This document shows positions 1 through 10,146 of a stretch of 45,561 bases of DNA, one piece after another. Position 1 is the first letter of the stretch. Each line of letters starts with the position of its first letter. Source of the stretch: Candidatus Woesearchaeota archaeon (GTDB lineage Archaea > Nanobdellota > Nanobdellia > SCGC-AAA011-G17 > PNOQ01); contig JBDRML010000017.1 in NCBI GenBank assembly GCA_043812195.1, positions 1-45,561 of the forward strand. The letters are read 5' to 3'. The translations under genes were made by a program, and so were the position numbers. A model generated the notes under the pieces. That model was not told where the DNA came from. It ran no database searches and saw only the letters and a program-made list of their open reading frames with translations.

Positions 1-173
1 TCAGGTATTTGAATCTTAAAATTTCTTAGTGTTTTTACTAATTCATCTAAGATCTCCACAGAACTAATTAGCTCCAACTTCTTATTTTTCCATTTATCTA
101 TAATTTGTGAACAAAAGTTTCCTTTCCAGAATATTCCAGAGACAAAAACATTTGTATCTATAATAACCCTCAT
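1..173 (-). CDS. PIN-domain toxin (VapC/PIN_3-like), 5' part only, runs off the window
   Basis: Manual translation from ATG at 173: MRVIIDTNVFVSGIFWKGNFCSQIIDKW...; the DTN motif is typical of PIN; ATGA overlap with the upstream AbrB gene. Confidence 0.85.
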   Translation of the reverse strand, partial: MRVIIDTNVFVSGIFWKGNFCSQIIDKWKNKKLELISSVEILDELVKTLRNFKIQIP

Positions 174-430
174 TTCTTTCTAGTCTGTCTAATTGCTTCT
201 TCTACATCAGATTCTTTTAACCCTTTCTTTTTAGCAAATTCCCTTGTTTTCTTGAGAAGTTTATCAACTCCACTAAAAGAAGGCATTTCTAATTTTTTTA
301 GTACAATTGTATTGTCTTCTCCAATTACAACAAATTTTTCTCCTTCATGAATTTTCATTTTGTTTCTTAAGCTTTGAGGAATTACAATTTGTCCTCTTGA
401 GCTTACACTCGTTATTTCAATATCTTCCAT
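170..430 (-). CDS. AbrB/MazE/SpoVT-family antitoxin
   Basis: ITSVSSRGQIVIPQSLRNKMKIHEGEKF is an AbrB-fold signature; coupled to the PIN gene; GGAGG SD upstream. Confidence 0.9.
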   Translation of the reverse strand: MEDIEITSVSSRGQIVIPQSLRNKMKIHEGEKFVVIGEDNTIVLKKLEMPSFSGVDKLLKKTREFAKKKGLKESDVEEAIRQTRKK

Positions 431-799
431 TTTAACCTCCTGATAAGTTTATATGTGTAGTAAGATTATCTTATTTATAAACCTTTTGATTGCATATTCT
501 TTTTTAGAAAAAAAGAAGCAAAAAATTAAGCGCGCGTATCTCTAATATAATGCCCACTCAAAAAAGATTATTTCTAAATACAATAAATCAGCATCTCGAA
601 CTCACACCACTTCGTTCCGTGCCACGTCTTGCAGACTTTCGCCTTCGGCTCAGGACAGATAACAGGGCCCGATGTTATTTACAGGGATTTTGATTTTGTG
701 AAACGATAATTTACAAGATTATTCCTTTTGGATAGGTCAATTAATTTTTTCTTCCAATATTCCGCTTTTTTGTTAATCAGCTGTTTAGTGTCCATTCAT

Positions 800-1282
800 T
801 TATCTCCTCTTACCTATCTCCTTCTGAAATTTATCCCTTATTTCATTAACCTTCTTCTCGTTTAATTTGATAATAACAGACTTACACTTAACTAAAAATT
901 CAGGAGCTTTCTGAACCATCTTATTATATTGTTCATCTGAAACAGTCCTATCAATATAATACTGAGAATCAACTCTTGCTTTCAAAGAGTCTTCTGTAAA
1001 ATCTAATTCGTTTTCTTCAAAGTAATCTTTAAGAAATCTTTTTGCAAATTCAATAGTGCAAGAATGAATCTCACATTTTAAACCCAATTTCATCAAAACA
1101 GCATAAAGCGAAAAATAGATTGTATAGTATGCAGTTGAGATTTTCCAATCTTTAATAACATTCACTCGCATTGACTCAAGAGCTTCTTCAGCTTTCTTAA
1201 TATAAGCATTTACGAGATCTGAATTTGGCTCAATTAATCTTAATCCTTCTTTCTTTCCTGCACACCATTTTATTTTATCCAT
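800..1282 (-). CDS. HEPN-domain protein (partner of MNT)
   Basis: YIKKAEEALES...ISTAYYTIYFSLYAVL...HSCTI...ARVDSQYY pattern; overlaps the upstream nucleotidyltransferase gene. Confidence 0.8.
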   Translation of the reverse strand: MDKIKWCAGKKEGLRLIEPNSDLVNAYIKKAEEALESMRVNVIKDWKISTAYYTIYFSLYAVLMKLGLKCEIHSCTIEFAKRFLKDYFEENELDFTEDSLKARVDSQYYIDRTVSDEQYNKMVQKAPEFLVKCKSVIIKLNEKKVNEIRDKFQKEIGKRR

Positions 1283-1865
1283 TTTTGAAAACCACCTGTA
1301 TAAATTGTTCTACATTAACAAAAACTACATGATTTTTTAAAACTTCTTTCAGAAGAATATCTTTTGTCAAATTTTTCTCAAAAGTTTTAATAGGATAACA
1401 TTTAACACTTATTTCAATACCTAAATTTTTTGAAACTTTTTTTATCTCATCTTTATTATAATCACCAGCAACAAAAACATCTAAATCTGAACCATCTTTC
1501 TCCAATCTTTTAACATAACTCCCAAATATAATCCCAATTCCTTTGATGTGTGGAGTTATTTTTTCTATAATCTCTTTAATTAAAAGTCTCTTTTCTAAAA
1601 ATGCAATCGTCTTATATTGTTCTACAAAAACAAGATATCTCTTAGTAAACTCGCTGGGATTTAGTTTAAATGTCTTAATCTTACCCCTAATCTTTGATTC
1701 TATAATCCCTTTATCTTCTAAATCTTCAAGAATAAGCTGTGAAGTTCTTGGACTTATTTTTAACAATTTTTCAACTTCTCTAACGTAATATTCTCTACTA
1801 AAATCATTCGTGAACAGAGCTAATACTTGTAATGTATTCTCAGTTATTCTAATCTTTTCATACAT
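1275..1865 (-). CDS. wHTH + minimal nucleotidyltransferase (MNT); likely start ATG 1865
   Basis: N-terminal wHTH (YYVREVEKLLKISPRT), IIFGSY...SDLDVFV nucleotidyltransferase motif; TATA box about 25 nt upstream of 1865. Confidence 0.85.
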   Translation of the reverse strand: MYEKIRITENTLQVLALFTNDFSREYYVREVEKLLKISPRTSQLILEDLEDKGIIESKIRGKIKTFKLNPSEFTKRYLVFVEQYKTIAFLEKRLLIKEIIEKITPHIKGIGIIFGSYVKRLEKDGSDLDVFVAGDYNKDEIKKVSKNLGIEISVKCYPIKTFEKNLTKDILLKEVLKNHVVFVNVEQFIQVVFKNG

Positions 1866-2009
1866 ATGTATTATTAATAATACAGCCAATATATAAAGCT
1901 TTTGGACACTAGAAATCTTTGATTTTTTAGTTCATAAAGAACAAGAGTCAAGGATGAAAAAGCATTACAAACAAAGATTAATAAATACATGCAATTTAAC
2001 TAAACTAAA

Positions 2010-3161
2010 ATGAACCCTCCAAAACCTTTTGAAACAGCAATTATTGCATCCCCTGAAGATTTCTCGCCAATCAGAGAAGACTTTAAAGTTATTGGAGCAT
2101 TCAATCCAGGAGTCACAACAGTAGAAACCGATCAGGGTTTAGAAACAATTTTATTTGTAAGAGTTGCTGAAACTCCTCGGAAAAGGATGCCTGGCAAAAT
2201 TTTACTGCCTTATTTCCATATACTAAATGAAGAACAATTACCCTCCAAATTGGATTATGATATTGTCGATAGAAAAGCATATATAAAAATTCGTAAAAAA
2301 GAAGTCACTCCAAAAAAAGGACCGATTAGGTTAAGACATATTTCATTACCTAGAATGGTTGTATTGAATGCGGATAGAAAATTAACTGAAAGGTATCAAG
2401 AACCTGCCATATCTCCTTCATGGGAATTTGATAGGTTCGGACTTGAAGATGTGAGGATAACTCATCTAAAAGATGGGAGATTTGTAATAACTTATGCTAC
2501 ACCTCATAGAAATTATGGAGTTTATAGTTCTATTCTGACTACTGATGATATAAAAGAAACCTCAAAGTTGGAAAGAGTAATATTAGAAAATACTCCTCAT
2601 CAAGAAATTAGGGGAAAAGATGTTGCTTTATTCCCAACAAAAATTCCAAGCCCAGCAAAATCAGAATCTGTGGACAAAGGGCAACTAATTTATGCGTCAT
2701 TTATACGCCCTAATGCATTCTTTGATATAAGTGTTCCTGGTATCTGGATCTCTTATTCTCCTGATCTTGTACATTGGGGACAAGATCATAGATTGATAAG
2801 TAGTGAGAATGGCGAAATAACAGGAACAGGAAGTCCTCCTGTAAAAAGACCGAAGGGATGGATAGCAGCATACCATGAAACAACAAGAAACGAAAAAGGA
2901 AGAACAAAATATGTTACCAGATTGATGACTCTTGATTTAGAAGAACCATGGAAAGTATTGCATAAAAGTCCAATTTTGCTAGACCGAGAAGATTTCAGAG
3001 AGCTTTTGCCAAAAAACGGGTATGTTCCAGACACAGTTTTTACTACAGGAATGGTAATTGATGGAGACAGAACAGACTTGTACCAAGGAATAGATGACCA
3101 ATGGACAACACGTGCCTCATTTTATACAAAAGATATTGATAAATTCGCACGAACAAAATAA
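2010..3161 (+). CDS. GH130-family glycoside phosphorylase/hydrolase (5-bladed beta-propeller)
   Basis: GAFNPG, GLEDVRIT, KDVALFP, SPDLVHW, YH, GYVPDTVF motifs. Confidence 0.8.
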   Translation: MNPPKPFETAIIASPEDFSPIREDFKVIGAFNPGVTTVETDQGLETILFVRVAETPRKRMPGKILLPYFHILNEEQLPSKLDYDIVDRKAYIKIRKKEVTPKKGPIRLRHISLPRMVVLNADRKLTERYQEPAISPSWEFDRFGLEDVRITHLKDGRFVITYATPHRNYGVYSSILTTDDIKETSKLERVILENTPHQEIRGKDVALFPTKIPSPAKSESVDKGQLIYASFIRPNAFFDISVPGIWISYSPDLVHWGQDHRLISSENGEITGTGSPPVKRPKGWIAAYHETTRNEKGRTKYVTRLMTLDLEEPWKVLHKSPILLDREDFRELLPKNGYVPDTVFTTGMVIDGDRTDLYQGIDDQWTTRASFYTKDIDKFARTK

Positions 3162-3384
3162 GCTTCAAAAAATCATAGCAAGAACAAATAATCCTATTTT
3201 ATATATATTAGTTGGCAAAAACTACGGCACCAGTTGATTTTCGGCAGTAAAAAAACTCTCTTCGCTTTGCTCCTCGACCACCCCTGCTCTCTCGCCTTCG
3301 GCTTCAGTCTGCTAATACTAATAAAATAAAAAAAAGTATAAAAAGAAAAATAAGTTTTTGTGATTAAATTTAGAAATAAGGATT

Positions 3385-3576
3385 TTACGCTCTACTAACA
3401 TTAACCGCTTTTGGACCTCTGTCCCCTTGCTCAACATCAAATTCAACAGCATCGTTTTCATTAAGAGAAACGCCTTCTTTTAAGCCAGTTTGGTGTACAA
3501 AATACTCTTTACCATCTTCTCCAGCTATAAAACCGAATCCTTTCATGTTGTTGAAAAATTTTACAGTTCCTTTCAT
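3385..3576 (-). CDS. csp: Cold-shock protein (CSD)
   Basis: MKGTVKFFNNMKGFGFI...YFVHQT...QGDRGPKAVNV with RNP1/RNP2 motifs. Confidence 0.97.
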   Translation of the reverse strand: MKGTVKFFNNMKGFGFIAGEDGKEYFVHQTGLKEGVSLNENDAVEFDVEQGDRGPKAVNVSRA

Positions 3577-3740
3577 TTATTTATCCTCCTACCCTTGGTC
3601 ATTATTCATTTTTAGAAGCAGCCCAACAAATTCGCCAAATAACCGGCAAACAGTCAAAAAGTTCCAATATATAGAGAAATAAGCTCTTTTTAAATGCTTC
3701 TATTTGCAGTATTTTCTCCCCTATCAGCACATATTAAAAA

Positions 3741-4052
3741 TTAACATAACCCCTTCAATTTCACAACTAATTCATCAAACACATCTTTTTTCTTACTATT
3801 AGATAAAGAAAATAAGGTTTTCTCAACCATTAGTCTAGACACAGTAAATATATAGTTTAGTTTTATGATACTATCTTTTATTGCTCCTTCTTTTTTTGTT
3901 AGAGGTACACCAACCATTTCAGTATTACTAGTTATTCCAGCTACAACAACATTATCCAAATCTTCAAATAAAACCAAGGCTGGTCTTTTTTTGATCTCAA
4001 ATGTGTCTATAAATTGAACTTTAGTTAAAACAACATCGCCAGCTTTAAGCAT
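3741..4052 (-). CDS. PemK/MazF-family toxin; likely start ATG 4052
   Basis: GDVVL...KKRPALVL...VVVAGITS...SIIKLNYIFTV pattern; overlaps the upstream antitoxin. Confidence 0.85.
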   Translation of the reverse strand: MLKAGDVVLTKVQFIDTFEIKKRPALVLFEDLDNVVVAGITSNTEMVGVPLTKKEGAIKDSIIKLNYIFTVSRLMVEKTLFSLSNSKKKDVFDELVVKLKGLC

Positions 4053-4269
4053 TTTCCCAAGCCTCATCTTCTTTATTATCCCAAAGTTCTTTCATCTTAG
4101 TTTTTTGAACTTTATGTAGAAATTCATCATATTGATTTCTCTTTTTTGTATTCTTAAAAACCTTAACCATATTATTAATTAACTCATTATAAGTTTGCCT
4201 AGGATATTCCCTTACTTCTTTTAGCGAATTAACTAGAGATTTGTCCAATTGTATTGTAGTTGAAGCCAT
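4045..4269 (-). CDS. Putative ribbon-helix-helix antitoxin
   Basis: TTIQLDK...L...TYNELI RHH-like N-terminus; ELWDNKEDEAW tail typical of archaeal MazF partners. Confidence 0.7.
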   Translation of the reverse strand: MASTTIQLDKSLVNSLKEVREYPRQTYNELINNMVKVFKNTKKRNQYDEFLHKVQKTKMKELWDNKEDEAWENA

Positions 4270-4341
4270 TATGTATCACCTATAGTAGGTATATAATATC
4301 TTATATATAAACTTTTCTATTGTTTAAAATTATAATTAAAT

Positions 4342-5574
4342 TTATCTACGTCCCCTCATCGAATTTCTTTGAGGTCTTTGTCCTGTATTTCTTCTTCGAA
4401 AATTTCTTTTATTATGAAAATCATTTCGGTTTCTTGAAGGATTCTCACTCTGCTTAATTGCTTTTAAATAAGGTCTTTCTTCCTTTTGAATCTCAAATTC
4501 TTTATGTACAGCAGTTAATCTAGAAAAATTATCATAATCTCTATAAGATAATATATTAATAATCAAACCTTTCTTACCAGCTCTTGCTGTTCTACCAATT
4601 CTATGAATATAATCTCCAGGATCTTTTGGTATATCATAATTATAAATATGTGTTACTCCTTCTATATGTAATCCTCTAGCAGCTACATCTGTGCAAACTA
4701 AAACTTGAAATTGACCCCTATGAAATAACTCAATAGTTTTTAATCTTTTTACTTGAGCCAAACCACCATGAATCGGAGCAGCTCTAACACCATTATCTTT
4801 AAGAACTTCCACAACTACATCAGTATCTCTTCTAGTATTACAAAAAACCATAACCAAATTAGATTTTTCTTTTTGTAGTAAATGAATTAATAATTCGTTT
4901 TTTAATTTTGAAGGAACATCATAATATGATTGTTTTAGTTTAGATGGATCAACCATTTTTGTAGCATGTACTACTACAGGATCTTTCATATATTTTTTAG
5001 CAATTTCTTGTGCAGGTCCATGCATAGTTGCTGAAAATATCAAAGTTTGTCTTTCTTTTGGACATGTTTTAATAATTTTTTCAACATCTTCAATAAAACC
5101 CATTTCAACCATTCTATCAGCTTCATCTAATACAATCATTTTAACTTTAGAAGTATTAATAGTTCGTCTATTTAAGTGATCTAAGAGTCTACCAGGAGTT
5201 GCAATAACAACATCTGTTCTCCTTAATTCTTTAATTTGCGGAATAATAGAAACACCACCATAAATTGCTAAAACTCTAATTGATTTTTTATAAGAAATTT
5301 GAATTATTTCATCTTTTACTTGTTCAGCTAATTCTCTTGTCGGTACTAAAACAAGTGCTTGAATTCCTTTGTCAGGATTACACTTTTCAATTATACCTGC
5401 ACCAAAAGCTAGTGTTTTACCACTTCCAGTAGCAGATTCTCCTATAATATCCTTGCCTTGTAAGATTAAAGGTATAGTATCTCTTTGAATTTGAGTTGGT
5501 TCTTTATAGCCAAATCTATGAATTGCTCCCATTAGCTGCTCACTTAAATCAAGACTTTCAAATGTTTTTATCAT
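4342..5574 (-). CDS. DEAD-box RNA helicase (CshA/DeaD-like)
   Basis: Q motif, ATGSGKT, PTRELA, TPGR, DEAD, SAT, ARG, HRIGRTAR; Arg/Asn-rich tail. Confidence 0.97.
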   Translation of the reverse strand: MIKTFESLDLSEQLMGAIHRFGYKEPTQIQRDTIPLILQGKDIIGESATGSGKTLAFGAGIIEKCNPDKGIQALVLVPTRELAEQVKDEIIQISYKKSIRVLAIYGGVSIIPQIKELRRTDVVIATPGRLLDHLNRRTINTSKVKMIVLDEADRMVEMGFIEDVEKIIKTCPKERQTLIFSATMHGPAQEIAKKYMKDPVVVHATKMVDPSKLKQSYYDVPSKLKNELLIHLLQKEKSNLVMVFCNTRRDTDVVVEVLKDNGVRAAPIHGGLAQVKRLKTIELFHRGQFQVLVCTDVAARGLHIEGVTHIYNYDIPKDPGDYIHRIGRTARAGKKGLIINILSYRDYDNFSRLTAVHKEFEIQKEERPYLKAIKQSENPSRNRNDFHNKRNFRRRNTGQRPQRNSMRGRR

Positions 5575-5739
5575 TAGTTACTCCATATACTTATATAATA
5601 TGATTAATAGAAAAAGCGAAAAGTATATGTCATCACTAATGCTCTCTCACTCATATTCTTATAACAAATTTCATTGATGAGAGTTTATAAAGCTTTTGGT
5701 TAGTAAAAAACTCCATAAACACATTTGTATTTTCAATTA

Positions 5740-6033
5740 TTAATTAAAGCTAGACGAGCTCTTTTTTTTAAGCTTATACAAACAAACAAGAGTTAATAAA
5801 GAAGTATTAGAAAATCCATTTGCAATAGAATATTCCTTTCTTTCTAAAGAATTCACATAAGTTTTACATGCTTCAAAAGCAATATGAGTGAGTTGATCAT
5901 GAGTCAATCCAGGCAAACCATTATTATTTGCTATAACTAAAACTCTCTCTAATTCTCTTTCAGCTAGGTCCAGTCTGCTATTTCTCATATGGATAAGATA
6001 ATCCCTAAGATTTATATTTTCGCTTCGTGTCAT
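5740..6033 (-). CDS. Hypothetical protein
   Basis: 97-aa ORF with TTTATAAA about 25 nt upstream; no recognisable motif. Confidence 0.5.
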   Translation of the reverse strand: MTRSENINLRDYLIHMRNSRLDLAERELERVLVIANNNGLPGLTHDQLTHIAFEACKTYVNSLERKEYSIANGFSNTSLLTLVCLYKLKKKSSSSFN

Positions 6034-6070
6034 AGAAAAAAATAAGAAAATTATTACTTTATAAAACTTT

Positions 6071-6223
6071 CTATATCACTGCTAGCAGTCCTAATATACC
6101 TATTAATATGAAATAAAATCCAATCAAGTAATTCAAACTTTTTTTCCATTTAATTATAATAATCCCAAATACTAAGGACAATATAGCGCTTAGTAATCCA
6201 GCAATACTTACAGATATAACCAT
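6071..6223 (-). CDS. Small two-TM membrane protein (DUF3096-like), not in the ORF track
   Basis: Manual translation MVISVSIAGLLSAILSLVFGIIIIKWKKSLNYLIGFYFILIGILGLLAVI*; GGAGGTG SD upstream. Confidence 0.75.
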   Translation of the reverse strand: MVISVSIAGLLSAILSLVFGIIIIKWKKSLNYLIGFYFILIGILGLLAVI

Positions 6224-6280
6224 AATACCACCACCTCCTAATTTTAATAATAATTAATTGTATATATAGATTTCTAAATT

Positions 6281-7702
6281 TTAAGATATATCATGCGATC
6301 CACTTTCTCTCATTCCAGATGAGCTTATCTTTACAAAATCTACATTATTCTTTATTTCATCTATAGATTTAGCTCCGCAATAACTCATACCAGATTTTAA
6401 GCCCATAAATAATTGATATAAAACTTCTTTCAAATTCCCTTTATGAGAAACCATACCTTCAACACCCTCAGGCACTATAGAATAAACATCTTCATCATTA
6501 ATATTACCATTCTCTCTTTCCTTTCTATCAATAGTTCCTAAGAAAGAAGTAGAACCTCTATATAATTTAAATTTTCTTCCTTGTCTTATTATACTACTTC
6601 CAGGGCTTTCTTCAGTTCCAGCTAATAAATTACCAATCATAACACTATCAGCTCCAGCCGCAATAGCCTTAACAATATCACCAGAATTTTTTATCCCTCC
6701 ATCTGCAATTATAGGAACATCAGAAGTTTTAGCTACATCCATTATAGCACTCAATTGAGGAAATCCAGAACCAGTAATTATTCTAGTAATACATATAGAT
6801 CCTGGCCCGACCCCAACCTTCAAAGCATCAACATCATATTTTAATAAATCCTTAGCAGCTTGCTTAGTTGCAATATTACCAGCAATCAATTCCACATCTC
6901 TAAAATTTTTTCTTATACTCTTAATCGCATTAACACAATTTAAAGAATGACCATGTGCAATATCAATACAAATAGCATCACATCCAGCATTTAACAAAGC
7001 CTCTGTTCTTTCTAAATAATCTCCAACAACACCAATTGCACCACCAACTAAAAATCTACCTTTTTTATCCTTAGAAGCCAAAGGATGAGATTCTCTTTTT
7101 AAAATATCTTTAGAAGTTATCAAGCCTTTTAAATTTTTATCATCATCAATCAAAGGAAGTTTCTCTATTTTATTTTTCTTCAATAATTCAGTTGCTTCTT
7201 CCATAGACATTCCTTCTTTACCACAAATCAAATCATTAAATGGAGTCATCAAATCAATTATTTTCTTATCTATATTTTTCTCAAAAAGTATATCTCTTTT
7301 AGTTAAAATTCCAGCCACCTTTTTATTTTCATCTAAGATAACTATACCAGCAGAACCATATTTTAACATTAAACTCTTAGCATCTTTCAATAAATGGCTT
7401 GTTCTCAAAGTATAAGGTTTATCAATAACAAAAGATTCAGCCCTTTTTACATAACTTATTTGTTCTACTTGTTTTTCAATAGGCATAAATCTATGAATAA
7501 TTCCAAAACCACCATTTTCAGCCATAGCAATAGCCATTTCTTTTTCAGTAACACTATCCATATTAGCAGAAATAATGGGAATATTTATACTCAAATTTCT
7601 AGTCAGTTTAGTTTTAGTAGAAACATCTTTTCTAGATTTTATCTCAGAATACTTAGGAACAACCAATACATCATCATAACTTAAACCATCTAAAATTTTC
7701 AT
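6281..7702 (-). CDS. guaB: IMP dehydrogenase with CBS subdomain; start ATG 7702
   Basis: [35 protein letters not shown] (catalytic Cys), IADGG, VPEGVEG. The ORF-track extension to 7807 runs into a transposon end. Confidence 0.95.
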   Translation of the reverse strand: MKILDGLSYDDVLVVPKYSEIKSRKDVSTKTKLTRNLSINIPIISANMDSVTEKEMAIAMAENGGFGIIHRFMPIEKQVEQISYVKRAESFVIDKPYTLRTSHLLKDAKSLMLKYGSAGIVILDENKKVAGILTKRDILFEKNIDKKIIDLMTPFNDLICGKEGMSMEEATELLKKNKIEKLPLIDDDKNLKGLITSKDILKRESHPLASKDKKGRFLVGGAIGVVGDYLERTEALLNAGCDAICIDIAHGHSLNCVNAIKSIRKNFRDVELIAGNIATKQAAKDLLKYDVDALKVGVGPGSICITRIITGSGFPQLSAIMDVAKTSDVPIIADGGIKNSGDIVKAIAAGADSVMIGNLLAGTEESPGSSIIRQGRKFKLYRGSTSFLGTIDRKERENGNINDEDVYSIVPEGVEGMVSHKGNLKEVLYQLFMGLKSGMSYCGAKSIDEIKNNVDFVKISSSGMRESGSHDIS

Positions 7703-7848
7703 AAAAATGAGAATTGTAATCAAATTATAAGTCTTTTGATAAGCCTCTCTGTCGCATCTACGGGTCACAGATTCTAAGTCGAATGCGGGTGATAGTCTGA
7801 TTTTCAAACCTTATTCTTTATAAATATGCTATCTCTTCTTAGATATAT

Positions 7849-9312
7849 ATGACTCGTGTATTAACAAAATCAAAGTATATCTTGGGATTGGAATGCCCAA
7901 GGCACTTATGGATTACGTTTAATCAGCCAGAGAAGATTAGAAAAGCCACTTTAGCTGAAGAGTTTAAGTTCAGTGAGGGAGATAAAGTTGGACAGCTTGC
8001 TAAAACTCTCTTTTCTGATGGAATAGACCTTCCAGTAGAGAATTATTCGGAAAATTTAGAGAAAACTAAAGAGTCTATGAAGAAAGGCAAGCCTTTATTT
8101 GAGGCAGGATTTGCATTTGAAAACTGCTTCTCAAGGGCAGATATTCTTGTGCCTGCTGGAAAAGAATGGGATATAATTGAGGTTAAATCTGGAACAGAGG
8201 TAAAAGACATTAATGTTCATGATGTTTCTTTCCAGAAATATGTCTATGAATCCAGTGGATTAAGGATAAGAAAATGCTTTTTGATGCATCTCAATAAAGA
8301 ATACTTTAGAAAGGGAAAGCTGGATGCAAAAAAGCTTCTTGTTCAAGAAGATATTACTTCTCAAGTTAATGCAATAAAAGGCGTAAAAGAAAGAATTGAT
8401 GAGATGTTTAAAATAATCTCTTTGGATAAGCCTTCAAAAGCAGGTCTTTTAATTGACAAAATGATTAAAGAAGGCAATCACGACTGCTTTACTGAAAATT
8501 GTATTGATGGTCTGCCTGAGAATCATGTATTCTGTTTGTATCGTGGAGGAAAGTTAGCTTGTGAATTGTTTGAAAATGGGATAATGCACATCAAAGATAT
8601 TCCTTTGCATGTTAAACTAAATGGAAAGCAGAATATACAAAGAGAATGCGAAATTGAAAAGAAGATTTATACTGATATAGAAGGGATAAAGCAATTTCTT
8701 GCAACATTGAAGTATCCTGTTTATTATCTTGATTTTGAGACATTTTCAACAGCTATTCCTATGTTCGATGGCTTAAAATGTTATTCGCAGGTTCCTTTTC
8801 AGTTTAGCCTGCATATTGCCAAGAAAGAAGGAAGTAAGCCAGAGCATCACGCTTTTTTGTATTATGGGAATGGAGATTCACGAGAAGAATTTGCTTTGGC
8901 TTTGAAGAAAATGATTGGTTCTAAAGGAACTGTCTTAGTGTATAATCAAAGCTTTGAAATTGGCAGATTAAAAGAGCTTGCTGAATTCTTTCCAGAGCAT
9001 AAAAAATGGATTGAGAATGTTTTAAAGAGAATTGTTGATTTGCTTGTCCCATTCAGGGAATTCAGATATTACAATCCAAAACAGCAAGGCAGTGCTTCCA
9101 TTAAAGATGTTCTTCCTGCTATAACTGGAAAAAGCTACAAAGGCATGGAAATCGGAGACGGCGGAACTGCTTCTGCTGAGTTTTTCAGAGTAACTTATGG
9201 TGATTGCCCAGACGCAGAAAAGAAGAAAGTCAGAGATAATTTATTGAGGTATTGTGAATTGGACACGATGGCAGAGGTGTTGATTGTGGAGAAATTAAAG
9301 GAATTGATATAA
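7849..9312 (+). CDS. DUF2779-type protein: Cas4/RecB-like PD-(D/E)xK nuclease + RNase H-like exonuclease domain
   Basis: LTKSKY...CPRHLW, RADIL...IIEVKS, YYLDFET...QVPFQFSLH, YNQSFE, SIKDVLP, LLRYCELDT. Confidence 0.8.
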   Translation: MTRVLTKSKYILGLECPRHLWITFNQPEKIRKATLAEEFKFSEGDKVGQLAKTLFSDGIDLPVENYSENLEKTKESMKKGKPLFEAGFAFENCFSRADILVPAGKEWDIIEVKSGTEVKDINVHDVSFQKYVYESSGLRIRKCFLMHLNKEYFRKGKLDAKKLLVQEDITSQVNAIKGVKERIDEMFKIISLDKPSKAGLLIDKMIKEGNHDCFTENCIDGLPENHVFCLYRGGKLACELFENGIMHIKDIPLHVKLNGKQNIQRECEIEKKIYTDIEGIKQFLATLKYPVYYLDFETFSTAIPMFDGLKCYSQVPFQFSLHIAKKEGSKPEHHAFLYYGNGDSREEFALALKKMIGSKGTVLVYNQSFEIGRLKELAEFFPEHKKWIENVLKRIVDLLVPFREFRYYNPKQQGSASIKDVLPAITGKSYKGMEIGDGGTASAEFFRVTYGDCPDAEKKKVRDNLLRYCELDTMAEVLIVEKLKELI

Positions 9313-9329
9313 TCTACTATTTTTTTAAT

Positions 9330-9676
9330 AAATCTTGAACAAAAAATTGTTGGAGAATGAAGTGATATCTTCTGCCTGCCTCATTTTTATTCTGCTGTTA
9401 TGCTATGTCAGATTACTTTATTAAGGTTTTTATATTGTTTTTAAGCTATTTGAATGATAAAATGATTCATAATAATATGACTAATAATAAAATGAACGTC
9501 TGAAATACTGTTTGTGCTCTCACACTTTAAATTAAAACCTTAAAATAGCAATACAATCCATTTATTTAGCAACGTAAATATAGGATATTTACGCTTTTTA
9601 ATAAAATCTTGAACAAAAAATTGTTGGAGAATGAAGTGATATCTTCTGCCTGCCTCATTTTTATTCTGCTGTTATG
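9330..9676. repeat. Two perfect 73-bp direct repeats (9330-9402 and 9604-9676)
   Basis: AAATCTTGAACAAAAAATTGTTGGAGAATGAAGTGATATCTTCTGCCTGCCTCATTTTTATTCTGCTGTTATG occurs twice, 201 bp apart. Confidence 0.95.
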
Positions 9677-9717
9677 TTATAGAAAGATTTAAATAGGTTA
9701 AAGAAATAGCATAATCC

Positions 9718-10146
9718 ATGTCAGAAGACAAAATGGATAGGATAATTGAATATCTTGAAGACTTAAGTAAGCGTATTGCTAATATCGAACAGAACATGCC
9801 AGATGTCAAGATTGAAAGACTAAAAGAAAGAGAAAATTTAGTAGCCAAAAAAGAAGAATCATTTATGGAGTTTTTTAGGAGATATAACCCTCAAAAAGAC
9901 ACTGATAAAACAATTGTGATTATGCATTTTTTGGAGTCAAGAAGAAATATAGGAAACATAACTACTAAAGACCTTTCTGAAGGGTTTAAGGAAATAAGGG
10001 AAAAGACTCCTGTCAATGTTTCAGATAAAGTACAACTCCTACACAAAAAAGGTTTGATAATGCCTGGACAGACAGTTAACACTCTGAAGGGGTGGATAAT
10101 TACAAGGTCGGGTTTAGAATACTTGGAGAAGATGAAAAATGGATGA
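9718..10146 (+). CDS. Coiled-coil + winged-helix protein
   Basis: ITTKDLSEGF...NVSDKVQLLHKKGLI...WIITRSGLEYL is a wHTH-like pattern. Confidence 0.65.
   Translation: MSEDKMDRIIEYLEDLSKRIANIEQNMPDVKIERLKERENLVAKKEESFMEFFRRYNPQKDTDKTIVIMHFLESRRNIGNITTKDLSEGFKEIREKTPVNVSDKVQLLHKKGLIMPGQTVNTLKGWIITRSGLEYLEKMKNG

Noticed and set aside
7703-7807. 35-aa N-terminal extension of IMPDH in the ORF track
   Set aside because: It runs through the guaB promoter and the transposon TIR; homology starts at [11 protein letters not shown] (ATG 7702).
9330-9676. CRISPR array near the Cas4-like DUF2779 gene
   Set aside because: Only two repeats, 73 bp long with a 201-bp spacer, and no cas1/cas2 or effector genes.
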